Below the pieces are notes generated by a model, which did not search any database, was not told where the DNA came from, and was given only the letters and a program-made list of their open reading frames with translations. From Heteronotia binoei (lineage: Eukaryota), in contig NC_083235.1 of assembly GCF_032191835.1 (NCBI RefSeq), positions 47,554,001 through 47,618,000 of the forward strand: 64,000 nucleotides of DNA. The letters run 5' to 3'. Below, one piece after another: positions 36,220-49,366 of this stretch (position 1 is the first letter of the stretch; the number at the start of each line of letters is the position of its first letter). A program made the position numbers and the translations under genes.

Positions 36220-37689
36220 GTAAGCAGAGCCATTTTAAAATGTACACCTTTAACTTTCTATTTGGGTGAAAGTTGGTTTTAAAAGAAGATAGTAGCTCAA
36301 ATCCTTGCCAACCTTTTCTCAAGAAAAATGGGTAAGAGCATTAAAATTTAAGAGTGTTATAACCACATCAGAATATTGATTGATGTATTGTCTACTCTGA
36401 CTGGGAGAGGCTCTCCAAAATTAGTTTGTGTTCTCTGAGGGACTGAACACTGGACCTTCTGCATGCAAAGCATGTGCTCTATACCACTATAGTGGTGCTC
36501 TATACCACTAAGCTATAACCCCTCCCTGTTGGCAAAAACTATATGAAATTCAAAACAACATTGTTCATCAGTAGAGGTAACTTGTGGGTCCATGATGTAG
36601 CATAAAATAGACATAGACGTCTACTGGGACAGACATCCTACAGCTCCATAAAGGAGGATAATTAAGAGCTGGACGCTTGTGAGGTTTTGCTTGGCTTTGG
36701 AGAACATCAGCAAAGTTTGACGTTAGCAGAGAAAGGAGTCCAGAAACAGAGTAGAATGAAGAGGAGGTGAAATGTACCGTAGTCTAGAACTATGGGGAAC
36801 AGATGTAGACAGAAAAACAGTTGAGGACAGAAATCATTTGGTAGGTGTAGCCTGTTAGGGAGGGATACAGAAATGCTCTAGCTTTTAACTGTCCCTTTGT
36901 GATCTAAAATACAGGACTCTATCCTCTTTTACATCTGACCGCCCTATCCGAAACAAAAATGAGGGTGCTTTGAGAAAACTATATATTGTGGCAGAAAGCA
37001 TTGGTAAAATTGTTCCTAGTTCATGGAAGTCCTTGAAGTAAGACTTACATATGATTCTGTTTCTTCTACACCAGGTAGGGTTGCCAGCTCTAACTTGGGA
37101 AATTCCTGGAGATCTGATGGGGGTACCAGGACCGGGTGAAGTCTGAGGAGGGAAGGGAGCTCAGCAGGGATGTGATACCATAGAGCTTACCCTATGAAGC
37201 TCGTGTTTCCTCTAGGGGAACTGATAGCTGTAATCCAGAGAGGTGGCGACACTAACATCAGGTTTATCTGACTTGATTAGGCAGCTTGCATAGCACAGGA
37301 CCTCAGGGTCTAATTAGATGAGACACTGGAAGATCCGTGATTGGTTTCTTCCAGAGTTTTTAAAAAAGCATATAGCAATAGTACATTCAATACAGACAGA
37401 GGCTAGGAAATTTTGTGCATGGATTTACGGATTGAAACCAACAAGTAGACACTACTATTAGCCTTGGAAAGAAAGGGTAGGGGAACAGGCACACTGTTCT
37501 TGGACTAAATAGCATGAAGCTGTGGTGGTGGTGTCAGCTTTGATTGGTGAAACCATGCAGGGATGGAAAAGTTAAATCCCTCACATGGGTCCAAACTGAA
37601 TCAGGGCCTTCCACAACTATTGATGGGCTTTGGAAAATGCTGGAGAAACCATCTGTAGGTATCTGGGGCTTAGGGGGACGCTATTTGGT

Positions 37690-37980
37690 GAGCCAGTTTG
37701 GTGTAGTGGTTAAGTGTGCAGATTTTTATCTGGGAGAACTGGGTTTGATTCCCCACTCTTCCACTTGCACCTGCTGGAATGGCCTTGGGTCAGCCATAGC
37801 TTTCACAGGAGTTGTCCTTGAAAGGGCAGTTGCTGTGAGAGCTCTCTCAGCCCTGCCTACCTTACAGGGTGTCTGTTGAGTGTGGGGGGGAGGAAGGTAA
37901 AGGAGATTGTGACTGCTCTGAGACTCTTAAGATTCAGAGTATAGGGCAGGATATAAATCCAATATCATCATCATCTTCTA
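37690..37980 (+). mobile_element. tRNA-derived SINE, same family as 18822-19091
   Basis: gagccagtttggtgtagtggttaag...ggtttgattcccc head and atcatcatcttct tail. Confidence 0.82.
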
Positions 37981-38251
37981 TTTTTTGAGATAGAGGCACC
38001 ACATTTTCACTATTTCCAGTGAAGGGAAGGCATTAAAAAGGAACACATTCCCCTTAAATAAGATTACCAGAACTCCCTTTGGAGTTCAGTTGTACTTGTC
38101 ACAATCTTGCTCCCAGCTCCACCCCCAAAGTCCCCAAATATTTCCTGAGTTGACTCTGACAACCCTAGCTATAATACCATCTGACTGGGCAGTTTTCATG
38201 TGAGTATTATAATTAAATAATGTTTGTAAGGCACTTGGACTTTTCAGCACT

Positions 38252-38469
38252 ATACATATGAACATATGAAGCTGCCTTATACTGAACCAGACCTTTTGGT
38301 CCATCAAAGTCAGTATCATCTTCTCAGACTGGCAGCGGCTCTCCAGGGTCTCAAGCTGAGGTTTTTCACACCTATTTGCCTGGACCCTTTTTTGGAGATG
38401 CCAGGTATTGAACCTGGGACCTTCTGCTTCCCAAGCAGATGCTCTATCACTGAGCCACCGTCCCTCCCC
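38252..38469 (-). mobile_element. Young tRNA-derived SINE
   Basis: About 5 differences from the 40465-40678 copy in reverse orientation. Confidence 0.88.
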
Positions 38470-38654
38470 ATAAAAATGCAAAAGATTGTTTATTATGAAC
38501 AAACTTCTGGAAAGTGCTTGAAAATCCAATTAATTATATATGTAAACATAATTGTTCTCTGTAAGTTTTATAATTTTTATAAAGCCAACAGAGCACATGA
38601 TAGTTTACAGAGTACATGATGATTTACAGGCCTCTGCTCTGGAGTAAAGTGTAA

Positions 38655-38780
38655 ATGACTGGGAAAGGCAATGGCAAACCACCCTGTAAGTAAATCTGCC
38701 ATGAAAATGTCTTGAAAGCAACATCACCCCAGAGTCGTAAACAACTGGTGCTCACACAGGGGACTACCTTTACCTTTTGC
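38655..38780 (+). mobile_element. Sauria-SINE-like 3' fragment
   Basis: ggaaaggcaatggcaaaccacc...ggggactacctttaccttt tail. Confidence 0.6.
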
Positions 38781-38939
38781 TCTGAGGTGTTTACCTTCTA
38801 AATTGTGAGGTGATAAAGGGAGAATAATGAAATAATGCTCAAGGATAAAGAGAGGGAAACATGAATTTATTTCAGTTTCATTATAGGCATAGTTTCCTGA
38901 TGAGCAGAGGATAAGGGGATTGTGCCAGAGGCTTTGGAG

Positions 38940-40010
38940 AAAAGGCTGAGGAAAAAGTTGAAGTAAGGAAGCTGAGGAGGACTTCTGAAGATAAGGGTCA
39001 ACAAAGGAGAGTGGGCCTACTGAGAGAGTAGGAGACCTTTGGACATCTGAGGTGGTAGAACTACAGCTATTAAGGTCATATGTGGCAATTTATTGGACTA
39101 TGGGAGTGAAGAGATAAGGGATGGAAAAACACTGGAGAGTTTTGACCTTTGAAGTAAGGATGAGGAGCTTGTGTGTGATGGAGTAGCCAGGAAGTAAAGC
39201 ATAAGAAGGATGACACCTGGTCAGGGTGGTAAGAGGGATGAATTATTTTGGTGGCAGAATGTTTATAGATGTGAGGGGAGAGGAGATGAAGGTACAACAA
39301 ACAGAAGACCTGAGATGAGGAGTCTGTGGTAGTCAACACAAAAGACAGTTGGCACTTGAACCGTAGTTTTTTGCCAAGGTGGTGGAGAAGCAGCAACTTC
39401 TTTTTGCAACAAGAAATAAATAACTTGGTAACAGACTGAATATGAGAAGCACAAGAAGGGGAAAGTCTCAAAGACAAAACCAGGGCTTTGCTCCTCTTTG
39501 TAGACTGATGTGGAGAGTATACGAGCAGGAAGGGCATTGGAGACAAGTTGAGTTATTCATTCATAGACTTACTGAGTTTGAAATAGCAATCAGACATCCA
39601 AGTGGAGGGAGGGAGGCGAGAGAGTCAGGCAGGTAACTGCTAGATTGCTAGAGGGACAAAGTTCAGGGGTACAGAGGTAAAATTGGGCATTGTCAATTTA
39701 TAGGTTGTGCTGAAAGCCATGGGATTTGTTGAAGTAATGCAACAGTAGCATGTTAAAGGAGAAAAGAAAGGGATTATCTCTGTTGGACCCCAATGGAGAA
39801 AGGAAAAGCAGAAGAATAGCTTCTTCCTGTGAAATCATTGCTCATTCAATGTAGGCAGGAAGAGGTTGCTGAGGTCAAAGTTATGGAAATCTAGGATATG
39901 AAGGCAGTGAAGCAAGAAAGAGTGTAAAGAGTGACAGGAAGTTCAAGAAGGATGAGAACTTAGTAGAAACCTGCAGTTGAAGGGTGTTACTGAGTTTTTT
40001 GGACATACCA
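38940..40010 (-). mobile_element. Old, degraded L2-like LINE fragment
   Basis: Purine-rich plus strand; the minus strand near 39680-39720 gives DNAQFYL, a remnant of the RT YADD-region motif. Confidence 0.4.
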
Positions 40011-40464
40011 TAGTTCCATCATTCTCCAGATAAAGCGGTAGTTCTTAAGAAACTACAGTAGACATTAAGAAACAGCAGCAGAAAGGCACACTGACTGGGA
40101 ATAGGTTTGAGAGTTACTGAGCTGGCTATCCATGTGCTAACAGCATTGATCTGGATCCACCCCTTCATCCATGGCATTAGCCCAAGGATGTTGGGGCGGG
40201 GGGAAGAGGTGGTCAATCACTTGCAGAGGGTGTGGGGCGGAGGGGATTAGCTGCAAAAAAAATAGGGGCAAGCTAGCTTCTGAAATACTTTGGCCTATTA
40301 TTTTGCCATACTTGAAAATCTACTGTATATCCACTCTAAAAAGAAAAACTTTTTATGGGTGAATCACTATTACCTATTTATCAATAAAGTCAAACAGTTT
40401 TATTAAGTTTAACAAAGCACTGCTAGTGTAATGTAGCGGTGATGTAATGTAGTGCTAGTGTAGC

Positions 40465-40678
40465 GGGGAGGGACGGTGGCTCAGTGGTAGAGCATCTGCT
40501 TGGGAAGCAGAAGGTCCCAGGTTCAATCCCTGGCATCTCCAAAAAAGGGTCCAGGCAAATAGGTGTGAAAAACCTCAGCTTGAGACCCTGGAGAGCCGCT
40601 GCCAGTCTGAGAAGACAATACTGACTTTGATGGACCAAAGGTCTGGTTCAGTATAAGGCAGCTTCATATGTTCATATG
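40465..40678 (+). mobile_element. Young tRNA-derived SINE with intact Pol III A and B boxes
   Basis: TGGCTCAGTGG (A box), GGTTCAATCCC (B box), catatgttcatatgt tail. Confidence 0.9.
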
Positions 40679-40949
40679 TATTACCAGTATTACGACGTCA
40701 TTGACCTCATTGTGTGAAGTGTCATTCACTCAAGAAAAGGTGCAGTGCACTACAGGATAATCATGGCTTTGTTAACATTTATCTAAGATTGTACATTGAC
40801 CCAAAGTACTCCAAAGAGAAAATTGCTGTCTGATAATCAAAGAATGAGAAGAGAGGGAACAGATTAAACCCAGAATGCAGATTTTAAAAACACAAAAACC
40901 CCTCCCCACTGTTCTTTGTTTTTGTTTTTTCTTTTCATTCCCAGCAAGC

Positions 40950-41262
40950 ATGTGGTTCTGCCTGGTAATCTCTCTGGCACTGTTCTTCCTGATCCGATGG
41001 TTCCTGGAGAGGCAGACTGTGGAGAGCCTGAGGGAGAAATATGTCTTCATCACTGGCTGTGATTCTGGCTTTGGAAACCAGCTTGCCCAGCAGCTGGATT
41101 TGCAGGGCATGCGGATCTTGGCGGGATGTCTTACCCAGAAAGGGGCTGAGGAACTGGAAAGGGTCACATCTGACCGGCTGAAAACCATCGTCCTGGATGT
41201 GACCAGCACAGAGAGTATTGCCATGGCAACTGAATGGGTGAAAGGACATGTGAAGGACAAAG
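40950..41262 (+). CDS. HSD17B6: HSD17B6/RDH16-like SDR, first coding exon (313 nt), TGCDSGFG NAD-binding motif
   Basis: MWFCLVISLALFFLIRWFLERQTVESLREKYVFITGCDSGFG...; acceptor at 40944; donor AAAG|gtac. Confidence 0.92.
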
Positions 41263-41310
41263 GTACAGCAGCTGACTTCTTCCAGGTGTTTCCTATCAAA
41301 CACTCTAACC

Positions 41311-42146
41311 CAGGGGTGTCGAACTCATTTCTTAGGAGGGCTGGCTCTGACACAAATAGGACTTTGTGGGGCTGGGCCACATGTGTAAAAAATGTAATGT
41401 GAGGTAGTGGCAATATAATCTTTATAAAGGGCATAGACAAACACAAATATATTATTTTTTACTTAAAATACACACATGCTTAAAACTCTTGCAATATTTT
41501 ATTTAAAATGGAAAGGTGGGGGAATAGTGGGATTTCACAATGCAGTTTTTAAAATAAAACATCAAGAAAAAGCACAAGGTTCACAGCAGAAACTAAAAAT
41601 ATACAATGCTCTCAGCCTGGGAAAGGCATTGCGAGCTTCTCCCCACCCCCACCCCCGGGTCTCAGATTAGTAATGGCTCTCCAGAGTAATATCCCCCTTT
41701 GGCTGTGAGTTCCCAGGTTAGAGTACTCACTGAGCAGAGACAAGCTGGCTCAAAGCATCAATCCTTTATTTGCAAGGACACAACTCCAGGAACCATGAGC
41801 TTCAGCTGGCTATAGGAATACTGAACATACACTCATTTCCACTCCATTGAAACACATTGCAGCATGAAGTTACAAGGAAAATGTGGAATAGATTTTCTGA
41901 ATATATGGACCCTATCTGTCTGGGCACGGAGACCTTAATGGAAAATCCATTCTACATTTCCTTTGCAGTTTTGCTTCCTGCTGCAGCCAGCAAAGACAAG
42001 GCAGAAAGAACAGGGAACTTTGCCAGCCTTGGAGCTTCAAAGGGCAAGAACAGGTGGGGGGGAGGGTGAAGAAAAGAGCCCCACTGACCTGCTTAAGGCT
42101 CTGAGCAGGCAAGTTCCAGCCGTGGGCTGGACATTTGACACCCCTA
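41311..42146. mobile_element. hAT non-autonomous element (836 bp), 8-bp TSD ctctaacc
   Basis: CAGGGGTGTCGAAC...TTTGACACCCCTA; TSD at 41303-41310 and 42147-42154; fills most of the 970-nt intron. Confidence 0.85.
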
Positions 42147-42213
42147 CTCTAACCACTACAACACATTGAGTCATGTGTAGAGGTTAGAATACACTTTTCT
42201 ATTTGTGTATTAA

Positions 42214-42492
<279 letters not shown>

Positions 42493-45400
42493 TAATTCTT
42501 TTCTAACAGCAGCATGATCATTTATCAGGTTACCCCTCAAGCATTTTGGGCTGTGTTAACTGGTTTTCTTTCTGCACGAGGAAACTAGTCAACTTTTTGA
42601 AATGAATGGAGGGAATCTTTAATTAGCTCTCTATCAAGCATTGTGGTAGATTCAATAGGCAACTTTGGCAATATATCCAGACATGTGTTACCACCTGTCA
42701 GTGGAGTGGCTTTCCTATAGGAGAAGATGTTTATCTAGTATGCGGATCCTTCAGCAGATCTTCAGCTGTCCTAGGCTTCCATTCTGAATACAAAGGGCTG
42801 CCCACTAGGTCAAAATGGCCCATACCATTCACATCCACGCTCATTATCTGTTACAGTTCTCCAACACTCCATGCACAGGGCTTTTTTTGAGCAGGAACAC
42901 ACAAGAATATAGTTCCAGCTGACTTGGCATCAGGAGGTGTGGCCTAATGTTCAAATGAGTTCCTGCTGGGCCTTTACTACTTAAAAGCCCTGTGTGAAAC
43001 AATGGTGAAATCAGGGAGTGTAGTCTAATATGCAAATTAGTTCCTGCTGGGCTCTTTTTGTCCATACATATTAATTTAGGCTGCCACTTCCAAATTCAAA
43101 ACTGAGGGCCTACTTTTGTGGACATTCCTCTGTATGATAGGGGGCGGGGAACCTTGCTTGCATTGACTCCTGGCTGTGTCTCCCCATGGCAATATATAGA
43201 TATTGAAATCACATAATCAAAGCATAAAAGCAGAACACAGTCAAGTGTGCATTTTCCTGGTACTTTTGAAGCTAGAGGTCTCTTACTCTGTGATTTCTGT
43301 CAAATTCAGTAGCACTAAACTAGTATCTACGTTCCTAGTATGGCCTGAGAAGAGCAAGCAGGATATTTATTAGGGCCAATTTTGTAAAAAGTGCACAAGT
43401 GCTGTCTTTGGGGGTGCAACCACACTGAACAGAAATGCAGCAGCTGGTCAGTACAATAACAGAGGAACTGTTGCTAAATGTGTAGGATTTATATTTATCA
43501 GATGACTTTGTAAAAAAAAAATTAAAAATGTTTAAAAATAGTATTAGAATTAGAACACACTCTAGGATCCCAGCAGGAATATTTTGGTGAAACAATAAAA
43601 TATTTCAAAAGAGACAGAGACTCCCCAGGTATGTACCTTATAGTCCAGCATTCTTATAAATGTAGTATTGTGGTTTGAGTGTCAGACTAGAACCGAGGAG
43701 ACCTTGGGTTCAGATCTCCACTTTATCCTGAAACCGACTGGGTGACCCTAAGCCACTCATTCACTCAGAGTCTAACTACTTGATATATTGTCCTTGTGCC
43801 TGCCCTGGGTTGTGTCTAACAGGTATGCACTGGGTGTTGTCTCCTCAGAATTCTCAAGCATGTAGGAGTCTGGTATGGATCAGACTCCAACATTTGGGGA
43901 GAGGGAGCTTGAGCCCTACACTTACCTCTTTTTGACCTGAAACAACCCCAGGAAGCTGCTGTTTGCCCCACTGTGATGAAATCCAGTGATACAAACAGCA
44001 GCTCAGCAGAGCCTTTTGGGATTGGGGAAATAGTGTGTATGTGCATGTGTGTGTGGCCTTATGTCTCAGCATGTTAAAGTTCCAGTCCAAATTGGATCAG
44101 GTTCCTACATGCTTGGAAATTAAGTTCCAAGCATGACAGATCCCAGAGCAGACACAGGACAGGAGACAACGAGGACAACATTTTCTATCATTAGATTCTC
44201 AGCCTTAAATTTGTCACAGGTTTGCTGTAAGAATAAAATATAGGCGGGGGGAAACTTCTATGCCTTCCTGAGCTCCACAGAGAATAGGAAGGCTAAAAAA
44301 TGTGTTATAGTTATTTAGTGGATGACCAGTCTGCTGGCTTGCTTTAAATAATTTCTTCCTGAAGGAAATCACTGTGGATTTATGGGGTCTTTGTGCTGGC
44401 TGTTTATTTACAACATATATGGTGAACACAGAGAAGCAGGCAAACATCCAAGCCACACCATGCAAGGCCATTCAACAGTATCAGTTTCCCTTCAAAAGCA
44501 AACATCAGCCACTGGCCCCTCCCCTAGAAAGGCTTCTTCTTCTAAACAGGTGTAGAACTCCAGGCCAAACTGCATATTTCATTTTACACAATTTCCCAAT
44601 GGACACTGGCAGCCATCTTGCAATTGCAGTTCTCCAGTGGCACCCTGCATAAAAATGCCACATGGGCCTGATTCAGACTGGGGTCATGGCATGCGGGAAG
44701 GAGGCGTGCTTGACTCTTCCTGAGAGGTTTGAAAGAAACAAAACTTCCACTGTGCGTTTTAAAAACCTCCCCCCACAGCATAGAACTGGCCGGAGGAGGG
44801 GGAAGTCAGTTCATTGGCTTCTTAAACATATATCAGTTCACCTTCAAATGCTAATAGATCTAGCAGAAAAGATAATGGATGGGACAAGATCTTTCATCCT
44901 AGCAGGTAACAGAGTTGAAGGAATTAAATGCTAGAGGGACTCTAGGAAGGAAATGTCTTCGAGATCTTCAGGAAAAGCTTCTTTGACCTGGCAGGATCCA
45001 GTCAGTGGGTGAAGAAACAGATATGATAAAAATAAACTCCTTGCAGCAGGAAGGTGGCAGGGCCGTAGCTGGCAGGGGGCACAGGGGTAGTGCCCCCTAT
45101 AGAACCTGCAGAATGTTCCCTTTCAGTGAAAAGAAAGATTGGGTAATATTGGGTGGGGGTGCTGCAGATTCTATAGGGCAAGGGTGGCCAAACTGTGACT
45201 CAAGAGCCACATGTGACTCTTTCACACATATCGTGTGGCTCTTTAAGCCCCTGCCACCCTGTTGGCTGGCTTGGAGAAAACATTTCTCTCTTTAAATCAC
45301 TTCACAAGCCAAGCCAGCCTACAGCATGGAGAATGCATTTAAAGTTAAAGTTGTTTCTTTCTACTTCTCCCTTCCCATCTTCCTTCCTTCCTTCCTTCCC

Positions 45401-47209
45401 CATCTTCCTGCCTGCCTACCTGCTCTCAAACATCTGACATTCATGTCTTGTAGCTCTCAAAACATCTGATGTTTATTCTATGTGGTTCTTACGTTAAGCA
45501 AATCCCCCCCCCCGCTATAGGGGGCACCACCCCATGCCTCCCCCTCGCTGGCTACAGCCCAGAAGGTGGTCTCTTTTTCCTTGAGTGCTGTGTCTGTGAG
45601 AGTATACAGACCTCTCTTCACTGGCAAGACAGCCACTGACCATGGCTGGCTACTGTGATAGACCACCCTGTGGTGAACTTGTGTAAAATGTAACAAGCTT
45701 TCAGACTTGTTTTTCTTTCTTCTTCTTTTTTACTGGCTATATTAGTACCTCAGTAGCCAACCATGTGGGGAGGGACCATGGCTGAGTCCATGTCATCCCT
45801 AGTTTAAAGTATCACATTGTAGGTGATGTGAAAGACCTTTTCCTGAGATCCTGATGAGCCACTCTCAGTCAGAGTAGATGGTAATGAATCTGACAGACCA
45901 ATGGTCTGACTGAATATAAGGTAGCTTCTTGTGTTAATGACAAAGAAATATTTTCTGCCATCGAAAGCCACTGAGGGAGTATCTTCAGCTAGCTCTAGAA
46001 ACTTCAGTTGATCATTATTACTAGCAATCAAGTTTACTTAATCATTGGATATACCAGGGTTTCCCAAACTTTTCTTTCCCATGGCCCGGTTATTTTTACA
46101 CTTTTCCTTCATGCCAACTAAAATTTGGGGGTGGAGCCAGGAGACTTAGGGGGTGGAGCCGGGAGACAGGAATTATGTCATTTCCTGTGGTGTCGAGGGC
46201 CATATGATGTGACTTCCAGGCACACTGAACCAAAACTCCACCTTTTCCTGTGATGTCACTTCCAGGGCACTCCCCAAACCTGTCTCTTCTTTGGAAGTAA
46301 ATTCATTTTCAGAAAAATCTCTCTGAAACTCATGCTGAGCCAAAATGGGGGTGGAAAGTAGGCAGTCCTCTCTTTTCACCCCCACACCTGCATGCACCTA
46401 TCTGTTTGTGTGTTCTTCTCCAGCTTGCAAGCACTCCTAATGCCCATGTTCAGTTGCCTGCACCACCTACACATCCCTTCCTCAACAGCACTGGCCAGTG
46501 TATGCAGTTGGGAGTGCTGTTGCCATTGCAATCAGGAATGCCAGCACTGTGTACCACCCACACTGGGCCCTGGCAGTTGCTCTACCTCAAAATATGCTGA
46601 CACATTTAGTAAGCCCTTCCTTCAGCTGCTACTACTGGAACCCTGCCTTAAGCTACAACCAAGCTTGCTTGGTTTCAAGAAAATCTTTCAACAGCTATTT
46701 TTCATACTTTTCTTTGGTTGGGAAATTGTTGTGAAAGGTAGCAGAGAATTGTACTGCAAATAATGAATTAATTTCAAGTTATGTGAAGTTCATACAAGCT
46801 TTTCTGCAGTTATCCCAAAAAAGATATTTATTAGGGGTTTGCAGCTTTTTGCTGTCTGTGTTTCTCATGTGTTTTAAAGGCAGCCTGTTGTGCAGATACT
46901 TAGCCAGTGAACTTATTTCATCCTTTTTAATATCTACAGGAGGAGTTTAATTTTGGTGTCAGACAGCTGTTAAAAGCAGGACCAGTAAAATGGTGCCAAG
47001 TTCATAGTCCCATCACTTCCAGTGCTGTTGAGATATACCGCAGTAATCTCTAATAATCTCTTTCTGCCCCACACCTCTCACTCTCACTCACTCACACAGA
47101 AATCTGATAGAAGGCCAGCTGGCTACAGCTGGGGGTGCTAACTTTTCGTTGGCAGAGCTCCTATGTCTGCAACAACAGTATGATGAACAGAAAAGTTTCA
47201 TCCAGTAAA

Positions 47210-47310
47210 AATGGAAGGAAAGAAAGAAAGAGAAAGGGAAAGAATGAAATGGAAGGAAAGGAAAGGAAAAGAAAAGAAAAGAAAAGAAAGACATGGAAAG
47301 AAAGAAAATA
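47210..47310. repeat. (GAAAG/GAAAA)n purine microsatellite
   Basis: Visible simple repeat. Confidence 0.85.
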
Positions 47311-48154
47311 AACATAAGAGGAGCTATGTTGGATCAGGCCAGTGGACTATCCAGTCCAAAATTCCCCCATACAATGCCCAAAAAGCACTAGGATGTCCAC
47401 CAGTGGGACCAGGGCACTAGAAGCCCTCCCACTGTTGCTTTCCCCGCCCCCAGCACCAATAATACAGACACAGCATCACTTGCAGGGAAAGAAAGAAAGA
47501 AGGGAGGGGGCAAAGGGGGAAAAAAGCCTTCCTCACCATCAGATGACCCCAGCCAGCAACAATTCTGCCATGGGGTCATTTTGTAAAAAAAAAAAATAGC
47601 TACTGGAATGTCCACTCCCCGCCCCTCCCAGCTGAAAAAAACACACACACCCTTCTTTGCCACCCAGGCCTCCCAGGGAAATCTCCCCAAAAGAACATAC
47701 TGCAAGGCACATGAAAGCTCATACCTTGAAGAACACTTCATGGTCTAAAGTGCCAGTGGATGCCAGCTTTTCACTTAAATACTGGGAGCGGGGGAGATGG
47801 AAGGAGAGGCAGCCCAGCTCCTCTCTGCACAACACAGAGATGGGGCAGGGCTAGCTTTGCTGGGGGTGGGGCAGCTTTGGCTTTTCTTGTGACCCAGTAG
47901 TGAGGCTTCTGTGGCCCGGTACCAGGTCATGACCCTGCAAATGGGAAACATTGGGATTTAGCATAATAGCATTTCCATTACAATATTCTCTATTACTGAA
48001 TATGAAAAGTGGAATCTCACATCAAAAAGGTACAATATCCAATACCTTTAAATACAGTCAGTAAAGAATACTGGTACCTATTCTGCAGAAGCACATCACA
48101 AAATAACTGTGTGCATTTCTTCACAGTTGTCTGTTATTCATTGTTCTTTTTTAG

Positions 48155-48318
48155 ACGTGAGCTCCGCCCATTTGGGGTGAAAATAGCCATGGTAGAGCCA
48201 GGCTATTTCAGAACAGGCATGACAAACATTGAGTGGAACCTCAACGAACTGGAGCAGATTTGGACCAATGTTCCACAGGAAACCAAAAATAGCTATGGCC
48301 AAGCCTATTTTGACAACT
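48155..48318 (+). CDS. HSD17B6: HSD17B6-like coding exon 3 (164 nt)
   Basis: RELRPFGVKIAMVEPGYFRTGMTN...SYGQAYFDN; donor T|gtaagt. Confidence 0.93.
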
Positions 48319-49145
48319 GTAAGTCACTAACACTCTCAGTATGGGAACAATGTGATGGGTTGTTTGCCAGTGAATTGAATCTGGAGGTAACTATCCCCTG
48401 GTTCAGTCATTGTGATGAAGGATCTATACTTTTACCAGGCATTTCTAGGTATTTCAGTGAGCAAGGCCTTCCCAATCAAGAATGGGACATTTGTCCTTGA
48501 GGAGGAAATCAACCACCAGCATATCCATTTTTGGAGACCCAATAAATTGCTAATAAATGCATTAGGAGAAAAAGGCAGAATTAATACAGGCATTTGTGGG
48601 TCTAATAGCAACTTGTGTTTGTGTGCTGTAGGCATCTTTCAGGGAAAGACTGCAGGGTGGAAACTTAGACCCCTCCATAATCACAATCCTGTCTATTTCT
48701 CCCATGATTTTATTTCTGTTAAATTACAGTGAGAAATTACAGGGGCAGTGCCCCCTATAGAACCTGCAGAACTCCCACCCAATCTTACTCCGTTTTCTCT
48801 TTTAGTTAAAAGAAAGATTGGGTAAGATCTGGTAGGGGTGCTGCAGATTCTATAGGGCAAGGGTGGCCAAATTGTGATAGGTTAGGTTGGTCCTAACCTG
48901 AAAATAATGTTGAATTTTGACAAGAATTCAGTTGCACAGTCCCACTTACACATATATATTCCTTCACCTTAGGGAATGAGCAGGACTTTTCCAAATTCAG
49001 AGTGTCCCTTTCAAAAAGAGGTGCTTGAGGCAGCAACTGTTACTACTGATCTAAAACTGTTCAAAGATGCATGTCCTGTTCCGCATTGCTATTTTCTGTT
49101 CTATCAGCTATCATTACAAACTCCCTCTTTTTCCTTTCCCCGCAG

Positions 49146-49366
49146 ATTACAAGATGTTCAAGGAGGGAATTGTAAACAAGTGCTCCACAGACCTATATCT
49201 GGTCACTGACTGCATGGAACATGCCTTGACATCCAAGCACCCCCGGACTCGCTATTCTGGGGGCTGGGATGCCCAGTTCCTCTACATCCCACTCTCTTAC
49301 CTGCCCACAGTTTTGGCGGATTTTGTGCTGACATGGTCTTGGCCAAAAAGTGTTCGGGCTGCATAA
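49146..49366 (+). CDS. HSD17B6: HSD17B6-like last coding exon (221 nt); total 318 aa
   Basis: ...VTDCMEHALTSKHPRTRYSGGWDAQFLYIPLSYLPTVLADFVLTWSWPKSVRAA-stop. From memory closer to HSD17B6 than RDH16; orthology not tested. Confidence 0.9.

Noticed and set aside
40465-40540. tRNA gene
   Set aside because: A and B boxes belong to a SINE head; the sequence continues into a body shared with other copies.
40772-41446. 224-aa minus-strand ORF
   Set aside because: Antisense shadow of the SDR first coding exon plus MITE sequence.
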